Assembly: GCF_004010195.1 (NCBI RefSeq)
Contig: NC_057719.1
Location: 62,684,085 to 62,748,084 of the forward strand
DNA: 64,000 bases
From: Chiloscyllium plagiosum
Lineage: Eukaryota
Direction: 5' to 3'
The notes below the pieces were generated by a model. That model was not told where the DNA came from, ran no database searches, and saw only the letters and a program-made list of their open reading frames with translations. This document shows positions 12,280 to 25,559 of this stretch, one piece after another. The translations under genes were made by a program, and so were the position numbers. How positions within the stretch are numbered: position 1 is the stretch's first letter; each line of letters starts with the position of its first letter.

Positions 12280-13900
12280 CTCTAGACAGACCTCCTGTGA
12301 TTTTGAATGTCTCTATCAAATTTCACCTCAACTGCTCTAACGAGATTAGCCCAGCTTCTCCAATCTATCAATGTGACTAAGTCCCTTATCCCTGAAGTAA
12401 TTCCCTTAAATATTTTTGCACCCTCTCTAAAGTCTTCATGTTCTTCCTAAAGTGTGGTGGTGGAGCACTCCCATTAGGGCTGATATTTCAGGTTTTTAAA
12501 TGTTCATGTACTTCTGTAATGTATTTATTCTTCTCTTTATAAAACCCCTCTACATTTTTCTTTCATAAACTCTGGCAAAGCCACATCCTATATTGGTCAT
12601 CCCTAATTGTTGCTGAACTGAATATCTCTCTAGTCTATTTCATCATGCAGTTAAAAGCTACCCAAGTGGATCTGGATCTGGAATCACATGTAGTCCAGAC
12701 AGTGTAAGAACAGCAGACTTTCAGATGGGTCTTTACAGTAAAATTAATCGTCATTGTCATGGTCATCATTACTAAAACTAGTTACACGTTACAGGTTTAG
12801 TAATTGAATTTAAATTCCATCAGATGCCATGGTGGTGTGGGGTGGGGAGGGCAGCAGGGGAACCCATTTATAGCACCAAAGATTAGCTTGGGCTTCTGAA
12901 TCACTCGTCCAGTCAAATTACTGCTATGCGACTGTCTTTGCCAGCACTTTTGCATTAATAACCACTTTCTCAACTAGTCACTTGTATTTTTCTGTGTTAA
13001 ATTTTACCTGCAGGTGTCTGCCTATTCCACCAGCATGCTCATGCCCTCCTGAAGTCTATCTCTATCCTCCCTTCACTTCAGCATATTTCCAAGTTTTACT
13101 TTATCTGCAGATTTTGAAATTTTTTTAATGCTGTCATGTCTAGTTCATTAATATAGATTTTTTAAAAGTGATGTCCTGGTTCTGATCTCTTGGGAAAGTA
13201 ACTGTATACCTTCCTTCAGAGCAAAAAAAAGCCATTCACCACTCGTAATTCCATTTAATCAACCAATTTCATATACATGTTGTCCGGTTCCCTTCTATTC
13301 CATGGGCTTGAACTTTGGTCGTATACCTGTTGTACAGCACTTCACCAAACATCTTTGATAAAGTCCATGTACACCACTTGGAATGTTTTACTGTCCCTAA
13401 CACATTCTATTGCTTCATCAAAGAGCTCAATCAAGTCACGATTTTCCTTTAACAAATCTGGGCTATACCCCATTAATTGGTCCACATTTGTTCACGTCAC
13501 TGATAATTTGGTTTTGTTTTATCATTTCCAAAGGTTTTCTCACTGCTGAAGTTAAGCTGGTTTGCTCCAGCTGTTCAGCGTATCTGAACCCCACCTTGCA
13601 ATTCTTCACTCCTCCAGCACCGCCCCTCAATCGAAGGAGGATTTGATTCTGTATCTTTGAATGCATCTGATCTTGTGCATCTTTTCAGTTCAGCTGCCTT
13701 TCAAGAATTTCCTCCTTACCAATTTTTAGTACGCTTAGTGTTTCAACTACGTCCTCTTTCACGATTAACTGGGTAGTATCTTCTTCCTGAGCAAATGCAG
13801 AGTATCATTTAGCATCTTAGCCATGTCATCTATCTCCATAAAAAGATGCTTTTTTTTGTCTAAACGGAGCTGTGTTGTATGTAAGCAAAATCTGAGTTTT
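12280..13900 (-). mobile_element. Old CR1 LINE fragments interrupted by a SINE (~12590-12930)
   Basis: Degenerate CR1 RT and 3' sequence (e.g. ataaagtccatgtacacc = VYMDF on minus); central block resembles the second SINE family. Confidence 0.55.
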
Positions 13901-13989
13901 GTTTTGATGGCTGATATTTTCTTCAAAACTTCTTCAACCTTGTTGAAGAATGTCTAATTTTCTTCTCTTTTCTGTCATTTTTTAATCTA

Positions 13990-14510
13990 TTTTATTCTTT
14001 TATGTGACAAGGGTATCACTGGCCAGTTCAGCATGTGTTGCCCTTCCTGACTACTCTTAAACCATGTGGTTCACTGGATCATTTCAGAGGGCAGTTAAGA
14101 GTCGGCCATGTTGCTGTAGGTCTAATGTCACATGTAACCAGACCAAGCACAGATGACAGGTTTCCTTCCCAAAGGACCAGATGTTTTTTTGTAAAGCCAT
14201 CAGAAATAAGAACAGGAATAGGCCATTTGGCCCCTCAAGGTTGCTTGGCCATTCAATAGGACCGTGGCTGCTCCGACACTCCTCATGTCCACTTTCCCTT
14301 GCTTTCCCATAACTCCTGACTCCCCTACTGGCCAAGAGGAGTTCCCATGCACAATGGATGATTATTGTCATGGTCACCATTATTGAGGCCATCTTTATAT
14401 TTAAAACTTGTTCATTGATTTTAAATTGCACAAGCTGCTATGTGGGAGCCTATGTCATCAGACCATTAACCTGGACCTGATAGAAATTACTAGTCCAGTG
14501 ACTTTACTGC
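13990..14510 (-). mobile_element. Second tRNA-derived SINE family copy, split by a CR1 3' end (~14200-14335)
   Basis: Minus strand has the core ggaaggaaacctgtcatctgtgcttggtctggttacatgtgac...gactcttaactgccctctgaaatg and a tail gggcaacacatgctg...gccagtgataccc; similar cores at 18270-18500, 27180-27400 and 30850-31100. Confidence 0.65.
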
Positions 14511-15079
14511 CATGTCATAACTTCCTTTATTGCTTTATTCTTAGCATTTACTGGTGCAGGGAGCTAAACGGGTTGCAGAGAGAATGCAGACAGAGAAGGC
14601 TGAGGGCAAGGCTCCCAAAGTTATCTGGCCCCTTCTGTGGAAGCTGATTGGCTCCTACCATCTCATTGCCACTCTCGCATCGAATCAGACCACCCCTATA
14701 TTGGGAATGGGCTGCATTGGCTTGAGTTAACTGTAATACTGAAGCTGAAATTCTTTTTTGTCGAAATCAATTTGCAAATCTTAACACACAGCTCTGTGAA
14801 AAATCAGTCATTCAAAGTAATGTTTTCAGGGATTGAAATTGAATTTTATCGAACAGTACTAAAAACAATTGCTGTCAATGCCTGTGTTTTCTCACACATT
14901 TGCCAGCCAATTAGCTGCACACCGTATGAGCCAAAGCTATCGGGCTGCGAATTCTAGTTTAAGTTTGTAATCTGGAGGAGAAAATAAGATGCTGTCACAA
15001 ATTTGTCACAACTGTATAGCACTGCTGAATTTAATTAAAAACAGCTTTCTGTTGTTGCATACAAGCATGCACAGGAAAA

Positions 15080-15760
15080 AATGAATGAGGAACATTAGTA
15101 AGCTATTGAACCTCTCAAGCCTGCTGCACCATTCAATAAGATCAAAGCTGATGAATTGTAACCTCAAATCTGCATTCCCGATAACATTTCACCCCCTTGC
15201 TGAATCTATCTATCTGTGCCTTAAAAATATTCAAGAACTCTGTTTCCGTCACCTTTTCAGGACAAGAATTCACAACACTCTCTGGGGGGAGGAGGGAGGG
15301 AAAGAAGTATTACCTAATCTGTGTTTTAAATAAGCCACCCCTGAGTGTTAAAAGTGAGCCCTGGTTCCAGAATCCCTGAATGCTTGAAATGTCCTCTCCA
15401 GTCAACATAGCTCAAGATGTTATGTTTCAACAAATTCACCTCTTACACATCTAAGTTCCAGTGGAGCCAAGGCTGGCCTGTCCAACCTTTCCCCATAAAG
15501 CTTGTTCCAGGTATTAGTCTGGTTAGCTTTCACTGAGCTATCTCCAGTACATCCATGCTTCTTTAAGGTGACCCATACAGTGCACCGTACTGTAAGTTCA
15601 ATCTTAACATTACCCTGTGTAACTGAAGCATACCTTCCTACTCTGGTATTCAATTCTCCTCATAACATTCTATTAGCCTTCCTCATTACTTGTAATTCAT
15701 TCTGACTTTTTTGCAGTTCATGCACTTGAATACCTAGGCCCTTTTGCAGCTTCAATAATG
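15080..15760 (-). mobile_element. Degraded CR1 3' region
   Basis: ORF 15420..15653 contains LYGERLDRPALAPLELRCVRGEFVET (CR1 YxERLxxLxLxxLExRRxRGDLIE motif) followed by a CR1-like 3'UTR. Confidence 0.7.
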
Positions 15761-16859
15761 AACTTTTTCCTAAAATTGGCATTGAAAGAGTTTATAAAAA
15801 TCAATTCTAGGCAATTTGTCTATGTTTACTCTTTCAAAACAGACCTCCTCCAAAGTCACAGCAACTAAATATTTGGTTCACAGTGATGTTTGTATATTGG
15901 GGTGGGGGAAGAGCGAGAGAACATTGATTTTAATTTTAACTGGAGAATATTTTTTAAATGAGGAATAGTTTTCACTAATTTTTATCAGGCAATCCCAATC
16001 AAAGCAGCCCAACCAGCTCAAACTGCAGAAATTAAGAGTGTCATCATTCTGTGGAATTCTCTTCTTCAGATGACAATGGAGATGGGTCATAGAGTTCAGT
16101 CAAGGCTGCATGAAGTAGATTTTTTTGATGGAGATGTAAGTCTCGGGTTATGGGGGAAACAGACAGGTGAATGGAATTGAGAACACAACCAGATGAGCTG
16201 CTCAAAGAACTGAATAGCCTACTTCTGTTCATAGAAGATGAAGCATATACTGACCATGAATCGGGTACTTCAATTGCTAATGATGGTTTGAAAATAGTTT
16301 AAAGCCTGTTTGAAATTTTGCCAACCTTCCTGAATTTCTTCTGGGTGTAGTCAATTGTGGGTGTTTGGAGGCTTCTTTTTAAATGGATTATGTTTTCTTA
16401 ACAGCCTAGACACTAGGATACCCTTGAACCCTATTCCCAATAGCACAGCCTTGACTGAAATTTAAGCCCAATTTCCTCATCACATGCAAATCGGAAACTC
16501 TACTCCAAGATATTTTGTTGCAATATTTGCAGCAATGCTTAAAGCATGTTAGTCAGCTGCTCAAACTACACACAAAGATTCACTCTGGATATGGATCTCC
16601 TTTCGTGATGAATTTCGAATCATTTCTGTCAAATTTTAGATATTCCTTTTGCAAACTGCTGTGGGGGATGTTGCAAAGTTCAGCATTTTGAAGCTGTGTT
16701 TGCACTTTGTACAAACAAGTCTCTTTTCTTCCTAGCGTGTAGAAATGTGGTTTGAAGTCCTATGCTTATATAAAGTGATTGTTTTCACCTCAGAACTCAA
16801 CATCTCCCATTGACTGCTGGTGTTTTCTTTCTTAAAATCACTTCTTCTTTCATGGAAGC

Positions 16860-17110
16860 AAAATGCTGTTGGTGTTAGAAATCTGAATTTAAATCAAGAC
16901 GAGTTGGATAAACTCAGCCTTGGCAGTAACTGTGGAGCAAGAAATGAATATGAGTCTTCAGAATCAAAGGAAGATAGAAAGAAAGGGAAATTTCTGTCTC
17001 TATTAAGTTTGGAAGATGTCATATTTAACTGGAAACAATAAGTCTCTATCTTTCTCCACAGATTCTCCTGATCTTCTGAATATTTCAAGCACTTTCTGCT
17101 TTTATTTCAT
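16860..17110. mobile_element. Old PLE-derived fold-back remnant
   Basis: Left part (gaaatctgaa...ggataaactcagc...gtggagcaagaaa) and right part (tttctccacagat...tgaatatttcaagcactttctgctttt) are degenerate reverse complements, resembling PLE termini at 55530 and 56430. Confidence 0.45.
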
Positions 17111-18524
17111 GTTTTCCTAGACATCTATTAGAGCATTTTTTGCTTGGCAGGTGTAGAAAGAAGCAATGTCATATGTTTTGTATCTTCCCACATGATCACT
17201 GGTTGTTTGAAATCGATTATTGCCACCAATCCTCCTTAGTCTTTCCATTATTTTCTCCATTTATTCTAGTGACTGCTGGTTGAGGGTACACCACCAGAGG
17301 GTATCTGTAGAAGAGTCACTCTTCTTCCACAGGCTTTTGCATGAAAGCAATCAACACAGCTCCATTTCAGTCAGGCATATTACCAGAACCTTAGGGGGCT
17401 AGTGCACGTACATCTGTTCTCTCTCTAAGCTTGAGCTGAATTACTGTCTCTGCCCACAACCTGTATCTGATGCCAGTAGAATTGACGGAGCCTGTGCAAC
17501 ATGAGCATTCACACTTTCAGAACTGTTACCATATACAACCGTGAGTGGAAGAGCAAGAGTTGCGGTGTGGATTCCTTTAACCAGAGAACAGATTGGAGAT
17601 CTGCTTTGGTGCAGCTTGTCCAAATGGCATAATTTGAAGACTTGATGGGAATAATGCTGAACATAGACATCATTATCTGCTGCCTTGTCTTGTGTTGCTC
17701 CGATTATTGATTTCTATCAATAGAGATTTGTTTGCTGCATTCCAGAATTGATTTCTTCGTCTTGACAGTTGTAATTCTTAATCTAGAGTCAATAATTAGA
17801 CAGTTCAGCTTCTGCAAATGCTTCAGTTGCATCAAAGTTACTCATGTCAGGTCAAGTGACAACTTAGTATAAATCCTGCATGCAAATTACGAGTGGGAAA
17901 GTATTTTGGAAGTGTGAAATATTTCCATTATAACACCATGTTCTGACTCATAATTAGGTGAAGTCACCAACTAAACTGAGAAGTTTGAGTCCGCTCTGTG
18001 AAGTATTAAGAGAAAGCTCAAAGTGGGGGAGCTATCAGGTTAACTTTGTCACAAGATTTGAGAGTTAACTTTCCTTTTACTTCATTCAAACAAGCCGTGG
18101 TGGTTCATCACGCTCAAATTGGGATGTTTTCTTTTTCATCACCACTTGGAAAGTTAATGCCTCTGGTTTCTATTGTGAGAACGTTTTCAGTACTGTACAT
18201 CATGGTAGATTGGTGTACCTCATGTGAATTGCATGGAAATAAACATGAAGGACCATTTTTAAAATTCATTCTCAAAAGGGTGGTGTCACCAATTTGGCCA
18301 GCAATTATTGCCCAATAATTAGTAGAAAGTAGTAGTTGACTGCCTTCTGAAATCAATGGTAGCAGTTTAAGGCAACTGACTCTTCCCTCCAGGACTTAAG
18401 AGGGAAGTTTGGAATCAGTCTGCTTTTATAAGACTGGTCTCCCATAAAGCTCAGACTCGCCAAGAATGCAGTTTTTCTTCCCTGAAGGAGGTCAGTAAAC
18501 TAATGGAGGATTATGTACTTCTCA

Positions 18525-18798
18525 GGCCTTAAGGCTCTAGTCAGACCACATATAGAGTACTGTGAGCAATTTAAGGCACCACACCTCAGGAAGGATGTAC
18601 TGGCCCTGGATCAGGTCCAGAAGAGGTTCAGGCAAATGATCCCAGAAATGAAAGGCTTAACATGAGAACTCTGAGACTGTACTCAATGGAATTTAGAAGG
18701 AGGAGAGGGGATCTGATTGAAGTTTACAGAATACTGAACGGGCTGGACATTGGGAAGATGTTTCCATTAACAGGAGAGATTAGGACCCGAGGACACAG
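18525..18798 (+). mobile_element. Host CR1 fragment (continues at 19287-19300 and 20690-20912)
   Basis: ORF 18662.. LRLYSMEFRRRRGDLIEVYRILNGLD...TRGH; the expected continuation (ccctttagaacggtgaggaggaaatatttc...) resumes at 20690. Confidence 0.8.
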
Positions 18799-19286
18799 AG
18801 AACAACCCCACTGCGCTTTGGCTGAAAAACAGCCTCACCACCCTGTGGCTGAACACGTTAACTCTTCTTCCAACTCCGTCAAGGACATGCAGGACCTGGG
18901 TCACCTCCATTGCTAAACCCTGACCTCCACCCTATGCCTGGAGGAAGAACGCCTCATCTTATGACATCAAATTGGATTTCATTTGTTCTCTCAGTTCCAA
19001 TCTTCCAGCTCAGCACCACCTCTTGAACTGTCCTACCTGTCCATCTTCCTTCCCACCTATCCACTCCACCCTCCTCTCTGGCCTGCCATTTTCACCCTAT
19101 CTTCAACTACCTATTGCATTCCAAACTACCTTCCCCGCTCCCCCCCAGCCTCATTTCCTCCTGTTTATCTCTCAGATCCCTTGGCCCACAAGCCTTATTC
19201 CTAATGATGGCTTATGCCCGAAATGTCGATTCTCCTCCTCCTCAGATCTCCCTGACCGGCTGTGCTTTTCCAGCGCCACAGTCTTT
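18799..19286 (+). mobile_element. Penelope-like element 3' fragment (GIY-YIG C-terminus + pLTR with decayed hammerhead)
   Basis: Encodes HPVAEHVNSSSNSVKDMQDLGHLHC..LEEERLI (PLE GIY-YIG tail), then a pyrimidine-rich UTR, then CTAATGA-TGGCTTATGCCC-GAAATGTC at 19201-19227. Confidence 0.8.
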
Positions 19287-19300
19287 GGCACAGCCTTAAG

Positions 19301-20689
19301 GGTGGTAAGGACAAGCCAGGGAACTATAGACCAGTGATCCTGACCTTGGTGGTGGGCAAGTTGTTGGAGGGAATCCTGAGGGACAAGATGTACACGTATT
19401 TGGAAAGGCAAGGACTGATTAGGAATAATCAACATGGCGTTCTGTGTGGGAAATCATGTCTCACAAACTTGATTGAGCTTTTTGAGGAAGTAACAAAGAG
19501 GATTGATGAGGATAGAGCAGTAGATGTGATCTATATGGACTTCAGTAAGGCGTTCGACAAGGTTCCCCATGGGAGACTGATTAGCAAAGTTAGATCTCAC
19601 AGAATACAGGGAGAACTAGCCATTTGGATACAGAACTGGGTCAAAGGTAGAAGACAGTGGGTGGTGGTGGAGGGTTGTTTTTCAGACTGGAGGCCTGTGA
19701 CCAGTGGAGTGCCACAAAGATCAGTGCTGGGTCCTCTACTTGTTGTCATTTACATAAATGATTTGGATGTGAGCATAGAAGGTACAGTTAGTACGTTTGC
19801 AGATGACACCAAAATTGGAGGTGTAGTGGACAGCGAAGAGGGTTACCTCAGATTACAACAGGATCTGGACCAGATGGACCAATGGACTGAGAAGTGGCAG
19901 ATGGAGTTTAATTCAGATAAATGCGAGGTGCTGCATTTAGGGAAAACAAATCTTAGCAGGACTTATACACTTAATGGTAAGGTCCTAGTGAGTGTTGCTG
20001 AACAAAGAGACCTTGGAGTGCAGGTTCATAGCTCCTTGAAAGTGTGGTCGCACGTAGATCGGACAGTGTAGAAGGCGTTTAGTATGCTTTCCTTTCTTGG
20101 TCAGAGTATTGAATACAGGAGTTGGGAGGTCATGTTGTGGCTGTACAGGACATTGGTTAGGCCACTGTTGAAATATTGCGTATGATTCTGGTCTACTTCC
20201 TATCAGAAAGATGTTATGAAATTTGAAATGGTTCAGAAAAGATTTACAAGAATGTTGCCAGGGTTAGAGGATTGAGCTATAGGGAGAGGCTAAACAGGCT
20301 GGGGCTGTTTTCCCTAGAGCGTCGGAGCTGAGGGGTGACCTTATAGAGGTTTACAAAATTATGAGGGGCATGCGTAGGGTAAATAGGCAAAGTCTTTTTC
20401 CTGGGGTCAGGGAGTCCAGAACTAGAGGGCATAGGTTTAGGGTGAGAGGGGAAAGATATAAAAGAGACCTAAGGGGCAACTTTTCATGAAGAGGGTGGTA
20501 CGTGTATGGAATGAGCTGCCAGAGGAAGTGGTGGAGGCTGGTACAATTGCAACATTTAAGAGGCATTTGGATGGGTATATGAATAGGAAGGGTTTGGAGG
20601 GATATGGGCTGGGTGCTGGCAGGTGGGACTAGATTGGGTTGGGATATCTAGTCGGCATGGGCGGGTTGTATATTCTGTGACTCTATGAC
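19301..20689 (+). mobile_element. 5'-truncated HER1/CR1 LINE with reverse transcriptase domain
   Basis: ORF 19262..20071: PGNYRPVILT, QHG..GKSCLTNL, IYMDFSKAFDKVPH, GVPQRSVLGPLL, FADDTK. Stops and frameshifts downstream; 3' tail gactctatga. Confidence 0.95.
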
Positions 20690-23498
20690 CCTTTAGAACG
20701 GTGAGGAGGAAATATTTCTCCAACTAGATAGTGATGAATCTGTGGAATTTATTGACACAGAAGGCTGTGGAGGCCAGATCCTTGATTATCAAGATGATCA
20801 AAGGTTATGGAGAGAAAGAGGAAAATGGGGTTGACAAACTTATCAGCCATAATGGTGGAACAGACGTGATGGGCCGAATGGCCTAATTTCTGCTCCTATA
20901 TCTTATGGTCTTTTGTGTTAATGCACCAGCTTCACGATAACTGATCTGAATACTACTCTTTTAATCTCCTTATTTATTTTTAAAATTAAATCCAAATTCC
21001 TTAACCGTCACAGTCAGATTTGAACCAACATTCTATGGATTATTAATCCAGTGACATGGAAAAATTAAACAAGAATTTACCTGTTTAAAGGTTAATCTTG
21101 ATTTTATGAAGTCGGTGAGGAGTGAGAAATAATGACAGCTCCCATTCTCCCACAATCAATCAGTGTTAAAAGTGAAGGTGGAATTTATGAACCTATCAGT
21201 GGGAACTATTAAGTTTCATTTTGTACTTGTCACTGAAGAGTGACAGATGAGATCATAATGAAGTAGATGTGAAAACTTAGAGACCTATTGTGTCACTCAG
21301 TACAGCTCCATGTCCGTGCAGGACTGCATGAAAAGTCATGGGAGCCGGTGGAGTGCATTCCACCTACTTCAGAAAATCAAGATTCAACTTTGAACAAATA
21401 AGTTCTTGTTTAATCTCCCCATTTTAGCTCATAACAGTGTTCAGAGTAAGGTGAGACTTACACATCAAACTCTGACCTCACAATGCCAGCTCAAATCCTG
21501 AGACCTTCCTTGTGATATACATTGTTGGTATCGCTTTATCCATGCTGTCAGCAGTGTTTGATGTATTGTCAAGCTACCAATTAAGTTCATCTCGAGCTGG
21601 AGGAGAAAGAATCATTTTTCTGACAAAATGGCCTTTTCTTTCACAATGCATCTATTCTTTTTTGTTTCAATCTCGTTGTAATCCCATGGCTGATATTACA
21701 TGCCAGGGAAAGCAGCCATTAATATGTCAATCATTGAGAAAACCAAGCATGTTGATTTTGAGGCCAAAGCGCATGTGCAGAGAGGGCATACTTCCTCTGA
21801 ATTTCCTTCAGTGGGACTGACTTGCATTGTGGGGGAGTTCAGGCTAATTCCTGGAGAGGTAATTTTGTGTGCTGTCAGGACAGATTTATTTGGCTGTACG
21901 ATGAAACCAAGGTCAGCTAGTTTTTAGGTAGTAGCTGTGACTGCATCCGTTGCTCCCTGCTTCATTTTGGCAACCCATGGATATCATTAATAAAGGCCAC
22001 CATCACATGACCTTTGCTCCTCATAGTTACAAATGGTGATTTCAACAACTTCTGAAAACAGTGTTTGAGTTCAGCCTATTTGGTAATGCATGGAGGTGTC
22101 ATAATGTTGCATTCTGTCTGAACATGAGCTATTTTCTGGTTCTTCTACCAACAATATGGTATAATATGCATTGTTGAGGACATAAAACCACCCGTGGTGA
22201 CAAATGGTACAGCAACCTCTAAAGTATCAAATATAAAATAGTGGTTTTCTTATGGTCAGATTCATATGAGATCTAGAATCATGTTTTCTATTTTATAAGA
22301 TGTATCTGAAGGGATTAATTAGTTTGACATGAAAAGATTCACCAATCAGGACAGTGCTTAGGAGAAGCAAACCAGAGATCTGTCTGTGTCTACTATAGTT
22401 TTTGGACATGTTCAGCAGAGGATATATAATGTTTCAGTGATTGTTCTTTGTTTTAACAGCATGCAGTTACATGTGTACTTAATCTTCAGTTGAGGCTGCT
22501 AGTCTTACAAGATTATATCTGAGATACGTGATTACATGTAGCTAGCTAGTATTATGTAATAAACCTATACATCATTCATCAAGTTTGAACCTATTTTCTT
22601 CCAGAGAGTTTATGTCAGCGTCCTTTCTCATATGATGTTAGTAGCTTAGACTAATACCAGCAAGAAAGACTGATGGCATTAAATCTATCGCAGATATTCC
22701 AGGTGGTTGCGGCAGTTTTTGCAGAGCTATTTGCCACCTTTTGTTGCACAAAAATATTTGAGACAAATTTTTCCGTACTGAAGTGTAGACCATTCAATCT
22801 GCCCTTGTGTTGAAGTCTAAAACTTTCCACCTTGACAGTGTTAATTTCTTCACAATTTGACTTGTCTAACTGAGGTATCAAATCTCTCCTGGCTGGGCTT
22901 AGTAATTTCAAATTCTAATTCATGTCCAGAAACTGTGTTTAAAATAATTTCATCCAGTGTTGGACTTTTACAACCATTTTTATGACTGCTCACCCAACCT
23001 CCCAAACGCTCAATTTCATTCATGGCATGAAAATAACTGCCTACTTTCACTCACAGATTACTGCAGCTAATTCTGGTGATGTCCAGGTGATGGGTAGTTT
23101 CCTGCTCATGTCAATTTCCTAGATGCTGTGGGGTTTTTTTTAAACTGATGCTTAATCCCCGAAAAATACGAAATGCTTTTCATCCAGCATCCTGGCATTT
23201 ATGACCAAGTAAAGGTCCAATGGCAATAGTGATGTATGTTGTTGCAATCTGTGTAACATGGCAGCTTCTCACCAGAGCTGCTGTCTTTTGTTCCTCATCC
23301 ATCATTGTCTCAGTCTTGTGGAAATCATCTGAGAACAGCTGCGTTGTCTTTACATGGTCAAGATGTGTGTGTTTCGAGTTGATGTGAGCTGATTGCTGAG
23401 CGGATTGAATCCTAAGCTGGCACTGGCTAGTAGACCCTGTTGGATTTCACGAAGAGTACTGTCATTGGTTGATTCCCAAAAGGTTGTGATCACTTCAG

Positions 23499-23689
23499 CA
23501 GAGAGAAACTGAGGACTGGAGATGCTGGAGATAAGAGTCAAGAGTGTGGTGCTGGAAAAGCACAGAAGGTCAGGCAGCATCCGAGGAGCAGGAAAATCAA
23601 CGTTTTGGGCAGAAGTCCTTCATCAGGATGAAACGTTGATTCTCCTGCTCCTTGGATGGTGCCTGACCTTTTCCAGAACCACAGACTCA
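23499..23689. mobile_element. Fold-back PLE mini-insertion with 10-bp TSD and decayed hammerhead
   Basis: TSD ATCACTTCAG at 23489-23498 and 23690-23699; arms are reverse complements; minus-strand CTGATGAAGGACTTCTGCCCAAAACGTT at 23599-23626. Confidence 0.85.
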
Positions 23690-24988
23690 ATCACTTCAGT
23701 AGGGGCACTCCTCATTTCCATGTCCCAATTGTGGACTAAGTGATTCAGGTTTTCCCAAATCAAGAGATTCATCATTGGCACTTCCAACTTGCAGTTACCT
23801 AACGTGAGCTACTTCTCCAAGAAAATTCTCACACTCTACACATTTATCACACAACACGTCTCCCTCCTTAGACTGGCCCTGATCCATTCACAGGTACGGT
23901 TGAGAAGAGAAGGGTTGAGAAGAAACAGGTGTAGTTGAGTAGGAAGAGGGACCAGTTCATCCTTCCATCCTTTCTTCCGCAAACGTTGACCAGGAATGCC
24001 TAAATGGATGCAAAACCAATCAATTGTTTTCCATGCTTTTTTTTGTAGTTTGGTCCCCACAGGCAATTTGGTTTTTCATAGGTGGTCTGTTTTTGATCAA
24101 AAGAACATTAGATCTCAACCGATCAATATCTGGATCTGAAGTGAGTGCTCCAGTTAGTTAAATACGTTACACTTCTAATCAGTGTTCTGATTCTTGTGCT
24201 CTGTGTAGACATCATAGAAGATTGCCAAGCCATCTTGAAGGCCTTTTTAAGTGTGCCGACTCCTACGTGATTGATGTGACCAATTTGCCACCACTTGCAA
24301 TCCCACAGTTGGCACTGTTATTGCATACGCACAGCTTCAAGATAGTTTTCAACTGCTGCTTTCCTCGCTTAATTCCAATAACATCACTCCCAAATGTTCC
24401 ACGTGAGAGTCAATCATCCCTTTCTGGCTCTCTGATAGCTTGGATTTAGCAGCTTTCATTTTAGTTTACCCACCTGACTCTGGCTATCCATTATTTGTAT
24501 AAAAGACCTTCATAGCCTCAGAGTGGCATGCCAAGACTTTGCAACATGACAGACAAAGTGTGTACGCGCGAATGGGCCCCTCATTATTTCAAACACCATT
24601 ACGAAAAGGAATAACCATCGCATCTCCTTAATTGTGATGGTTTGATCTTGCGACAGTTACAAGACTTGGAGCAACAGAAGGCAACCTTCAAATGACAATA
24701 ATGATTCAAACTTTGCCTTCTCTTACTGTGCAGGGTGATTATATTTGTGCAAAAGATATGCATGCGAAGATGTCAATGTTATGTTGATTTATCTTATTCT
24801 AACAAGGTAGTCACAAATACAAGGACCGGGAAACTGGTGACATTAGTAATCAATATGGCTTCTGTTGAGCATGGCCTGAGGAATGTTATCTATGACCAAA
24901 ATGTTCTGACATGAGAAATAGGTTAATTTTAGTCTGGCCTGAAGTGAAAGTGACTAAGTGTAGTTTTCAGTAACTTATGGACAGAACA

Positions 24989-25272
24989 GGCACAGCACGG
25001 TGGCTCAGTGGTTAGCACTGCTACCTCACAGCGCCAGGCACCTCGGTTCGATTCTAGCCTTGAGCGACTGTCTGTGTGGAGTCTGCACATTCTTCCCATG
25101 TCTGCGTGGGTTTCCTCCAGGTGCTCCAGTTTCCTCCGTCAATTCAAAGGTGTTAAATTGCCCGTAATGTGAGGTGCGTTAATCAGAGGGAAATGGGTCT
25201 GGGTGGGTTACTCTTTGAAGGGTCGTTGTGGCCAAATGTCCTGTTTCCACACTGTGGGAAAATCTAACCTAT
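24989..25272 (+). mobile_element. HE1-type V-SINE
   Basis: gcacggtggctcagtggttagcactg...ggttcgattc...gtctgcgtgggtttcctcc, with a tail ending aatctaacct. Confidence 0.9.
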
Positions 25273-25358
25273 TCAATTTAGAGACAGAGGATGTGACATT
25301 TTCATTGTCATGAAATCAGTCGAAATTGATTGGGCTATAAAATGAATAGTTGATCTGA

Positions 25359-25559
25359 GAGGAGAAGGTGAGGACTGCAGATGCATGAGATCAGAGTCTA
25401 GAGAGTGGTGCTGGAAAAGCACAGCAGGTCAGGCAGCATCCGAGGAGCAGGAGAATCAATGTTTCGGACATAAGCCCTTCATCATTCCTGATTCATAATT
25501 CATCATTTGGGCTTATGCCCGAAATGTTGATTCTCCTGCTCCTCGGATGCTGCCTGACC
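25359..25559. mobile_element. Fold-back PLE mini-insertion with 14-bp TSD
   Basis: TSD AATAGTTGATCTGA at 25345-25358 and 25560-25573; inverted arms; hammerhead-like ATGATGAAGGGCTTATGTCCGAAACATT on minus at 25458-25485. Confidence 0.88.

Noticed and set aside
17180..17900. Possible decayed coding sequence on the minus strand (similar impression at 51150-51480 and 37260-37620)
   Set aside because: All frames are interrupted and no motif could be recognised; unsupported without a translated search.
19262..20071. 269-aa ORF as a host gene or active reverse transcriptase
   Set aside because: 5'-truncated HER1/CR1 ORF2 with a non-ATG start in adjacent PLE sequence, no endonuclease domain, and downstream stops and frameshifts.
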